A stretch of 41,331 nucleotides of DNA from an uncultured Bacilli bacterium (GTDB lineage: Bacteria; Bacillota_I; Bacilli_A; RFN20; CAG-288): assembly GCA_934700375.1 (NCBI GenBank), contig CAKUXT010000001.1, positions 1 through 41,331 of the forward strand, in the 5' to 3' direction. Below the pieces are notes generated by a model. The model ran no database searches, was not told the origin of the DNA, and saw only the letters and a program-made list of their open reading frames with translations. Below are positions 17,401 to 24,595 of this stretch, piece by piece; position 1 is the first letter of the stretch; each line of letters opens with the position of its first letter. The translations under genes and the position numbers were made by a program.

Positions 17401-17614
17401 AGAAGCTGCTTTTAAGGCAGATACGACCTTTGGCGGAACATGGGAATGCTCGGTGTTTGAAGAGAAATCGACTGATAAGATGGAACCGTTAAAGAGCTTG
17501 CGTGCAAGATGCTATAACAAAAAGACGAAGAAGACAATGACAATCTTAATTGCTGCCTCTTATACTGGCGACAATATGAGCAAATACGTCAAGGCAACAG
17601 TCAATTACTTCTAA
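14453..17614 (+). CDS. Giant surface lipoprotein built from eight ~115-aa repeat modules (paralogue 2)
   Basis: The ATG at 14453 has GGGAGG 8 nt upstream. The track start at 14423 is a TTG without an SD. The protein begins MRKNKIILTALLALVLGGC (lipobox, Cys19), followed by a T/S/E-rich linker. Eight modules share the anchors of paralogue 1 (ETWNDDVYDLMMVHLGEQVVPFFDMG ... TAWNDRITAQMKYYFDGYVLPFFDIG). Confidence 0.85.
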   Translation: MRKNKIILTALLALVLGGCGTNTNSSVSKPTESATAKDTGTEIAPVTEGPVSTDTTSDSGFVTDIMDSSTESSSEEFEETWNDDVYDLMMVHLGEQVVPFFDMGKNVEAKWVAKTGLLTVMGSNSLNNKRLLEVKALYEEKGWTGTEVTDTSESLTVTNEELHLSAVLSEDKYGYVQFAITYDEPFDATKAKGEWNDDVKAAFNTYLDGHILPYVYLGTDNNQYLSWASGSKILTIRGKKWDDSIADAAKKAFGDFQLETSVDSYDRTVSVFKKVFSDGCSFSVKVSPTSSKDNPKANYIITYSEVFDASTVTEWKQDVKADLATLHNHELPFIYLGTKAPTSKKGTNTVTITGNKFDVEVITTAQAQFEKAGWETYKGTGTYGDAVFALHVFDDGCTITASVQQSSSSTSSAYNTLVFARYDKLVPSTDVTDWTDAARANMISNLGGHLIPFSFIGSTMTSKVDTSTRAVTVTGDAFNPTMVSNFKAVLDKDGWTAKYSTNKYGRTLVASKEFEDGTVSLTIGAPYSLSSKISVVASYREKFDVPSSGGWSETDLQAMKDALGGYSIPYFYMGTDAPVVSASKTVEGSVTITGGLWNDQITDLFDEAIKADTALTWTLLDDGSLTNKIIYHGKDEKGNLLVLTLTIPTVATKKTSLLIRYKAAYDPTMMTKWDDDTIAAMKTNLNGHEMPFVYLGSKAVAAKISSTGFTIEAEDYATFDQRILDEAKKTFEAAGFTTNTKLNTYYYSCLEGTKTFDDGYTVRFVLEKAGTAELAEPRLVMYLDKPLTDTKAEDYSWGLTIADQTKLDNFLGSYKAPDVFMGTGATVKCSVSQVTKGNNYARLYASFNKTVAPQNNGYILQAKKDLETQGFTMTKYVINNGYTGSGMEFSKKLDDENEMKVAVRMSSSNMELYISIVPIFTPTEKTAWNDRITAQMKYYFDGYVLPFFDIGDEYPSVKFDYTKGTQTLVLQSATYDDSIFTSAEAAFKADTTFGGTWECSVFEEKSTDKMEPLKSLRARCYNKKTKKTMTILIAASYTGDNMSKYVKATVNYF

Positions 17615-17622
17615 AATCTATG

Positions 17623-17664
17623 CAAAACAAAATCACTCCGCAAGGATTGATTTTGTTTTGTTTC
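17623..17664. terminator. Bidirectional rho-independent terminator between convergent genes
   Basis: A perfect 13-bp stem pairs caaaacaaaatca (17623-17635) with tgattttgttttg (17648-17660), plus an inner tcc/gga pairing. T runs sit on both sides. Confidence 0.85.
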
Positions 17665-17692
17665 TATATTTAACAATCTGAATTATATATGT

Positions 17693-18103
17693 TTAAGTTG
17701 TAGGATGATCTTTTCTATATCTGTTCATCTTGATTCTATTATAGATGTCGATGGCAAGGGAGGGAAGAATCATCAGAGATGGTAGAAGAATGAACAGCGT
17801 GATCGGCTTTTCGACTGTCTTCTTCGTAAGAAGATAGAAGAAGAGAGAATAGACAAGGAAGCAGATGATGGAGATATAGAAGAAGTTGCTTGTCGTCATC
17901 TTTTCCTTTTCGTTTTTCTTCAATAAGGAATAGTATTGTTTTTTGTCTTTGAAGTAGAAGATATCCATCACGATCTGATAGATGCAATAAGCGGCAAGGA
18001 AGAACTGGAAGAGAACAAGGATGGTATAGATGAGATAGAACCAGAGGTTGTCTTTGAAATCATCCGGCTGTTTTAGGAAGAAGTCGATGACATTGGTGAA
18101 CAT
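17693..18103 (-). CDS. Small polytopic membrane protein (136 aa, about 4 TM), function unknown
   Basis: The start MFTNVIDFF at 18103 has AAGGAG 10 nt upstream. The 31 residues the track adds upstream are not hydrophobic and lack an SD. Four hydrophobic segments are present. Confidence 0.6.
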   Translation of the reverse strand: MFTNVIDFFLKQPDDFKDNLWFYLIYTILVLFQFFLAAYCIYQIVMDIFYFKDKKQYYSLLKKNEKEKMTTSNFFYISIICFLVYSLFFYLLTKKTVEKPITLFILLPSLMILPSLAIDIYNRIKMNRYRKDHPTT

Positions 18104-18255
18104 TGATCTCTCTCTCCTTTCTTTGTTTTGTAGCAAGGTGGGAAAATCATGCATAAGGCTAAGACAAAGGTGATACAGTCCTCGATAAGCCTCCATAAAA
18201 GAAGACTTTTTTCGGCCTGGTGTGATGCTTTTTTCACTTCTTTGTTTTCTGTCAT
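18073..18255 (-). CDS. Possible 60-aa single-TM protein overlapping the next gene by 31 nt in another frame
   Basis: The ATG at 18255 has AGGAAG 7 nt upstream. The product is MTENKEVKKASHQAEKS, then a TM segment LLLWRLIEDCITFVLALCMIFPPCY, then a basic tail. It could instead be the 5' part of a frameshifted gene. Confidence 0.35.
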   Translation of the reverse strand: MTENKEVKKASHQAEKSLLLWRLIEDCITFVLALCMIFPPCYKTKKGERDQCSPMSSTSS

Positions 18256-18310
18256 ACTGTTTCTTCCTTGAATTCTCTTAACATATCAATTATCCTTCTC
18301 GTCTATACAT

Positions 18311-18338
18311 ATTGTAAACCAATTGTCTATTAAATCAA
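18311..18338 (-). promoter_or_regulatory. Candidate sigma-A promoter for the small membrane-protein gene(s)
   Basis: On the minus strand this reads TTGATT (18338-18333), a 16-nt spacer, then TACAAT (18316-18311). It lies immediately after the response-regulator stop codon. Confidence 0.45.
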
Positions 18339-18344
18339 TTGAAA

Positions 18345-19142
18345 TTATTCTTTGGCGTTCTTTTCAACGGCTTCATTCAGCTGAGGGGTGAATTCGTTGG
18401 TCCAGTCATAGTTTGTCATGAAAGAGCCGCTTTCAAAAGAGTTGTTCATGCCATCAAGAAAATCCCAGTAATCGGAGTGTACTCCAGTATTTCTTAAAAG
18501 CAGCTTTGCTTTTCCGAATTCGACAATATCGCCGACTCCATTGTCCTTCAATGTCTTTCTTAAGCGCCATACGGCATCGCGATAGAGCTTTTTGGCAAGG
18601 TCGAGCTCTTTCTCGGGCCAAAGGTGATAGATGGCATCGCTCATTGTCAAAGTGGAGCCGTGGTAGGCGGTAAGAAGAGCGAGAAGCTCTTTTGCTTTTG
18701 TCGATTTGAATCCGACTGCTTTTCCGTTGACAAAGAGATCAAATGGGCCTTGGCATTTGAGGAAGATGTCTCTGTTCTCTTTGGCTGTGATAGAGGAGAC
18801 ATAGAAGTTGAGCTTATCGGAATCGAAAGGCTTATAGCAGAATCCTAAAAGGTTGTCTCCTAATCTCTGCTGAATCTCTTCTTCATCATAGGTGAAGCCG
18901 GTGATAAAGATGATCTTGATGGTCGGATTGATCTTGATCAGTTTCTCGGCCAAGTCGACACCGTTGATGATCGGCATACGGATATCAAGGAATGCAGCAT
19001 CGACTGCATTCTCTTCGCAATAGTCGAGAGCGTCCAACGGGTTTTCCAAGAAGAACTTGTATTCAATCTGTTTGTCATTGATGATCTGAAGCAAGAAGTT
19101 GCTCAAAGCTTCCATCTCATCATCTACTGCAATGATTTTCAT
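18345..19142 (-). CDS. Response regulator: REC domain fused to a SARP-type winged-helix DNA-binding domain with a truncated BTAD
   Basis: The ORF is 265 aa. The receiver is intact (D7-D8, D53 in FLDIRMP, T81, K104). The C-terminal part LKCQGPFDLFVNGKAVGFKSTKAKELLALLTAYHGSTLTMSDAIYHLWPE...AVWRLRKTLKD...HSDYWDFLDG matches the SARP/AfsR-type wHTH pattern. The SD overlaps the stop codon of the upstream gene. Confidence 0.8.
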   Translation of the reverse strand: MKIIAVDDEMEALSNFLLQIINDKQIEYKFFLENPLDALDYCEENAVDAAFLDIRMPIINGVDLAEKLIKINPTIKIIFITGFTYDEEEIQQRLGDNLLGFCYKPFDSDKLNFYVSSITAKENRDIFLKCQGPFDLFVNGKAVGFKSTKAKELLALLTAYHGSTLTMSDAIYHLWPEKELDLAKKLYRDAVWRLRKTLKDNGVGDIVEFGKAKLLLRNTGVHSDYWDFLDGMNNSFESGSFMTNYDWTNEFTPQLNEAVEKNAKE

Positions 19143-19153
19143 AATATTATCTC

Positions 19154-21007
19154 CTATTTCTTTGGAATGATGATTTCAACTGTCGTTTCATCATCATCGT
19201 TTCTGACAGACAGCTTTCCTTTGATGGTCAGCTGCAGTCTCTCTTTGATGTTTCTGATTTCTTCTTCGTCCTCATCGATTGTATGACTATGTCGATGGTC
19301 TATCAATTGTACTACAAATTCTTTTTTGTTTTCTATAGAGGATACCTCCATCATGTTCTTTTCTTCATCAATATCCATGATATTCTGCATATAGAATTTT
19401 TCGATGATGGTAAGGATGGTCAAAGGCGGTATCATGAACTCGTAGGCTTCGATGTTGAGAACAAGCGGTATTGCTTTGTTCTCTCTTGTGCTTTGGAAGT
19501 CATTGAAGGAGATAAGACCATCTATTTCATCGGAGAATGTCACTAGCATTCTATTCATGGATGTGATGTTATAGCGAAGCACATTGGAGAAGGAGGAAAG
19601 GGAATTGTCTCCTTTCGAGAGATCTCTGTGGTAGGTGTCTTCGATGATGGAAAGAGCGTTGAATATGACATTGGGATTGACCTGCTGCTGAAGTGCAATC
19701 GTCTTCAGATAGGTCTGTTCGCTCATGATCTTTTTCTCTTCTTCTGCTTTCTTCTTTAGGTACATTGTTCTGATAAAGAAGACAGAATAGCAAAGAATGC
19801 TTCCGATGAAGATGGTATAGGAAATCATATAGGCAATCTGGAAGGAGAACATGTTTGCGTCATCAAGTGTTGCTATGACAATGTTCCCTAACAAGGAGAA
19901 GAAGAGGATGATATAGATGTTTTCAATGGTATTTGTATTGGATGATGAAATCTGATAGAAGGTCAGAACAGAATAGAGAATGATGCAGATGATGAAAGGA
20001 ATCAGGAAGGTCGTATGATAGATCAAAGAGAGTCTGCTGATGATGGTGCTGATTCCTAAGACACTATAGGCTGTGATCAACAGCTTTCTCTGAGGTATCT
20101 TTCTGTTCAGAATGATACATAAAGGACAAACGATCATAAACAATCCCAAGAAGACAATTGAAATCGATTTATATAGCGTATAGGAGGTATTTGGTATGTT
20201 TATCAGCTTCATGATGACAAGTCCGTCACCGGAGAAAAGCCAGTAACATAGTAAACACAAGGCGGCCAGTGATGGAGGAAGCGTCTTAAGAAAACCGGAT
20301 CTCATGATACCGGTGATCGTCAGAAGCAAAAGACATCCCATCATGACACCGAGAATGCAGAAGAGAAGGAGCTGTCTTCCTCTCTGCCTTGGTGTCTGAA
20401 TCTGACTGGAGATGATCGTCGGCCCTTTGATGATGCAGGCATGATGGGAGTTTCCGACTTCGATTGTCACTGTGATTTCGTTTTTTGTAGTTCTGAAATC
20501 CGCTTTTTTCGTAAAACGGTTTTCGATCTTATCCTCTTCTTTGATTTTGCTGGGTTCACCGTTCTGACCGATTAAGACATTATCAAAGAAGATTCGTAAA
20601 GAGGAGTAGGAATAATCGCTGTCGGCTGTGATCTTGATGCCGACAGGGACATTGATGATTTTAAAGCGATAGCTTGCATAGCCGCTGGTAGGAAGATTCT
20701 TGCCGTCTACTTTTACCGATGTCCAGAAATCAGGAAGAGTGATCATACTATCAGGCTTTGCTTTCTTTTCCTTGTCAGTCACAATCCATTTGTTGTAATA
20801 GAATTCCATGCTTCCTTTCACATAAATGCCGTCGGTTCTCTGGCTGATGTCTCTGTTATGGAAATCCATGACGCCGTTTCTGATCATATAGGTGCTGTTT
20901 TTGTATAGCGATGTATCAAAAATGATTCCTAAAATAGAAGGCAGAAGAAGGAATAGGACGGAGAGAGCAATGGTGATGATTCTGTTTTTTCTGTTCTGTT
21001 CTTTCAT
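19154..21007 (-). CDS. 7TM sensor histidine-kinase paralogue with a degenerate catalytic core (predicted pseudokinase)
   Basis: The ORF is 617 aa and shares the architecture of the upstream kinase: signal anchor, ~180-aa ectodomain, 7 TM helices and a LytS-type core. Its H-box reads QQVNPN446VIFNALS, with Asn in place of His (codon at 19670-19672). The N-box is E536-K537, the G1 box is D570-H-R-H-S, and there are no G2/G3 glycines. The ORF is intact, with an ATGA overlap at 21004-21007. Confidence 0.8.
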   Translation of the reverse strand: MKEQNRKNRIITIALSVLFLLLPSILGIIFDTSLYKNSTYMIRNGVMDFHNRDISQRTDGIYVKGSMEFYYNKWIVTDKEKKAKPDSMITLPDFWTSVKVDGKNLPTSGYASYRFKIINVPVGIKITADSDYSYSSLRIFFDNVLIGQNGEPSKIKEEDKIENRFTKKADFRTTKNEITVTIEVGNSHHACIIKGPTIISSQIQTPRQRGRQLLLFCILGVMMGCLLLLTITGIMRSGFLKTLPPSLAALCLLCYWLFSGDGLVIMKLINIPNTSYTLYKSISIVFLGLFMIVCPLCIILNRKIPQRKLLITAYSVLGISTIISRLSLIYHTTFLIPFIICIILYSVLTFYQISSSNTNTIENIYIILFFSLLGNIVIATLDDANMFSFQIAYMISYTIFIGSILCYSVFFIRTMYLKKKAEEEKKIMSEQTYLKTIALQQQVNPNVIFNALSIIEDTYHRDLSKGDNSLSSFSNVLRYNITSMNRMLVTFSDEIDGLISFNDFQSTRENKAIPLVLNIEAYEFMIPPLTILTIIEKFYMQNIMDIDEEKNMMEVSSIENKKEFVVQLIDHRHSHTIDEDEEEIRNIKERLQLTIKGKLSVRNDDDETTVEIIIPKK

Positions 21008-22902
21008 AACAGTGCCTTCCCTTCATACGGAAAAACAATCGTTGTCTTGGTTCCGTTTCCAAGACTGCTTTCGATTTTGATCTCTGCATTGAGATTCAGA
21101 TGGAGTCTTTCGATCAGATTCTCCTGACCGATAGACGTGCTTTTCGTTTTTGAAGTATCGTATCCGATGCCATTGTCATTGATGACGATGACGACATTTC
21201 CGTCTTCAAGGCTTGATGAAATGCTGATGAATCCATCATCCTTTTCATTCACTTTGGAGTAGTTGACGGAGTTCTCGACAATTGGTTCGATCGTCAAAGG
21301 GGGAACCATGAAATTGACGAAATCAAGATCGAGAATCAAATCGAAAGGCTTTGAAAAACGTTTGTTCTCCAATTCGATATATTGATTGATGGTTTCAATC
21401 TCTCTTTCAAAAGGAATCATCTCCTCTTTCATGTTCTTGATAGATTGGCGGAAGTTCTTAGAGAACATCGCCATGACTTCGTCTCCTTCTTCCATGTTCT
21501 CATGGTATAAGGAGCGGATGACAGACAATGTATTGAAAAGATAGTGTGGCTGAATCTGCTGTTTCAATGCGTTCTCTTTGATTCTGATTTTCTCATTGTA
21601 AAGCTTGTTGTAGTTCTCTGCAGATTTGACATGCTGGAAGAAGAGAACAATGAAGTAGATGATGAATAAAGTCGCTCGTATGGCGGAGATGACAGAAAAG
21701 ACTCCTTTGCTGTTGAAGGAGAACGGAGATTTGATTCTGATGATTTCATACAAAACATCACCGATTGTCAAAGAGAGAACAAAGACATTCAGATAGGAAA
21801 TGTTCTCTTGGGTGCCGGAAAAGAAGTGATAGGCATAAATGAGAAGAGGAAGAATCAGAATGATATAGGAGATATATTGATAAGGAGTATCGTACAACGA
21901 GAAAATAGAACAGAGCGAAGTGAGGAAAACCAAACCATTGATGAGTATTGTTTTCAAAGTCAGTTTTCCGTTGTTCTGGGCTTCGGAAAGCGTGATGATA
22001 TAGATGAATAAGGCGGTGAGAGTATATTGCAGGAATTCAAAGACAAAGTAGTTCGGATAGATGGAAAAACGATTGAAGACATTCAGTCCATCGCCGGAGA
22101 ACAGCAATGTCAGAAACAGAATGATGGTCAAAGAAAGAATGAAACGGGAAGAAGGATTCTTTCTGTCGGTCAATAAGAAGGACAATGCGGTAAGGATGGA
22201 AGCTAAGATGATTCCAAAAGAGAAAAAGATGATAGCTTCTGCAATCGATGCCTGACGGGAAGACTTTGTCGACGGGTAGATGCTTGGTACATCTTGTAAA
22301 CCGCCATGTCCGTTGTTTCCGACTTCGATTGTCATAATGACAACGCCATCGTCAGGAACGACAAGTGAAGACTGAGAGAATATCTTCCCAGATATATTGT
22401 TGGTGTTCTCCTCTTTGGAAAGAACGCCGTAATGATAGACGATGGTATTATTGAAATAGATTTTGACACTGTCTCCGTAATCCTGTTTTGCAATAGAAAA
22501 GATCTGACCGGGTTCGATGTTCTTCATCGTCATCCTATAGGTCGCAAAACCATCGGATGTCAGTTTATAGTTTTTCCCGTTTCGATGCAGTTCTCTTCCT
22601 ACCCAGGAATCCGGCATATTGATCTTTCCATCTGATATCGGATTCTTGATATGATCTGTCATCAACCATTGGTTATAGTAAAACTCGTATTCTCCATTTG
22701 GATAGACGATGTTTCCAGAATAGGTGTATCCGTTGAAATCCATGACGGTATCCACTAAGGACACTTTGATTTTTGCTTCATTTGCTTTATTGATGGACCA
22801 CAATAAAAGAGTCTGCCCGAAAAGCGAAATCAGCAAAATGATGAAGGTGATGATCTTCTGATAGACCTTGCGTTTTTTATTCATCAAATGATATTTTATC
22901 AA
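21004..22902 (-). CDS. 7TM (7TMR-DISM-like) LytS/YehU-type sensor histidine kinase
   Basis: The ORF is 632 aa from the TTG at 22902; the ATG at 22884 is an alternative start. It has an N-terminal signal anchor, an ectodomain and seven TM helices. The H-box is QQIQPH453YLFNTLS, the N-box is VE543-N544-SVNY, G1 is ND576NGIG, followed by SIGQEN and GNGTKT. Confidence 0.85.
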   Translation of the reverse strand: MIKYHLMNKKRKVYQKIITFIILLISLFGQTLLLWSINKANEAKIKVSLVDTVMDFNGYTYSGNIVYPNGEYEFYYNQWLMTDHIKNPISDGKINMPDSWVGRELHRNGKNYKLTSDGFATYRMTMKNIEPGQIFSIAKQDYGDSVKIYFNNTIVYHYGVLSKEENTNNISGKIFSQSSLVVPDDGVVIMTIEVGNNGHGGLQDVPSIYPSTKSSRQASIAEAIIFFSFGIILASILTALSFLLTDRKNPSSRFILSLTIILFLTLLFSGDGLNVFNRFSIYPNYFVFEFLQYTLTALFIYIITLSEAQNNGKLTLKTILINGLVFLTSLCSIFSLYDTPYQYISYIILILPLLIYAYHFFSGTQENISYLNVFVLSLTIGDVLYEIIRIKSPFSFNSKGVFSVISAIRATLFIIYFIVLFFQHVKSAENYNKLYNEKIRIKENALKQQIQPHYLFNTLSVIRSLYHENMEEGDEVMAMFSKNFRQSIKNMKEEMIPFEREIETINQYIELENKRFSKPFDLILDLDFVNFMVPPLTIEPIVENSVNYSKVNEKDDGFISISSSLEDGNVVIVINDNGIGYDTSKTKSTSIGQENLIERLHLNLNAEIKIESSLGNGTKTTIVFPYEGKALL

Positions 22903-22995
22903 ATCAATACACTCATTACTTATAAATATATGTAATATGTAAAATCATTAAGAATGATTGTGCAAAAAACTATTGTTAACAAAAGAAATCATTTT

Positions 22996-23004
22996 TGATA
23001 GAAT
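22996..23004 (+). promoter_or_regulatory. Candidate extended -10 promoter of eno
   Basis: The sequence tgatagaat has the form TGnTAGAAT, about 35 nt upstream of the ATG at 23039. No well-spaced -35 element was found. Confidence 0.4.
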
Positions 23005-23011
23005 AGTCTAG

Positions 23012-24337
<1,326 letters not shown>

Positions 24338-24360
24338 TCTGATTCACTGAATTCAAAATA

Positions 24361-24390
24361 GGGAACCCCGCGGGGTTCCCTATTTCTGTT
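24361..24390 (+). terminator. Rho-independent terminator of eno
   Basis: A GC-rich palindrome gggaaccccg/cggggttccc (24361-24380) is followed by tatttctgtt. Confidence 0.85.
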
Positions 24391-24428
24391 GCATGTTTTT
24401 TCTTTGAAAATGATGGGAATATTTTTGC

Positions 24429-24491
24429 GTATTACCTGTTTTTAAGTACAACTGCTCGAAAAAGGAAAGTTGTACTGATAAAAGGTAATAC
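24429..24491. other. Nested double palindrome (63-nt hairpin) of unknown function upstream of the cop promoter
   Basis: The outer 9-bp arms are gtattacct (24429-24437) and aggtaatac (24483-24491). The inner 9-bp arms are agtacaact (24445-24453) and agttgtact (24468-24476). Both pairs are perfect, and no T run follows. Confidence 0.6.
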
Positions 24492-24538
24492 ATTCTTCAC
24501 TCGCTTCATATCTATTTAATATGACTAAATCATATAGC

Positions 24539-24567
24539 TTGAATATATTCGAAAAGAGTAATATGAT
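24539..24567 (+). promoter_or_regulatory. Candidate sigma-A promoter of copA
   Basis: TTGAAT (24539-24544), a 17-nt spacer, then TATGAT (24562-24567). Confidence 0.6.
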
Positions 24568-24569
24568 TA

Positions 24570-24590
24570 ATATACCCCTAGGGGGTATAT
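24570..24590. promoter_or_regulatory. CsoR-type operator (GC-cored palindrome)
   Basis: The sequence atataccccta-gggggtatat lies immediately downstream of the -10 element. The ATACCCC..GGGGTAT form is characteristic of CsoR operators, and a csoR gene is in the same operon. Confidence 0.75.
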
Positions 24591-24595
24591 AGAAC

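Noticed and set aside
19154-21007. The idea that the degenerate sensor is simply a decaying pseudogene
   Set aside because: The 617-codon frame is uninterrupted. Its start overlaps the upstream stop (ATGA) and its stop overlaps the SD of the regulator. The ectodomain and 7TM regions retain the paralogue's conserved motifs. Only the catalytic residues are replaced. It is kept as a CDS (pseudokinase hypothesis) pending comparative data.
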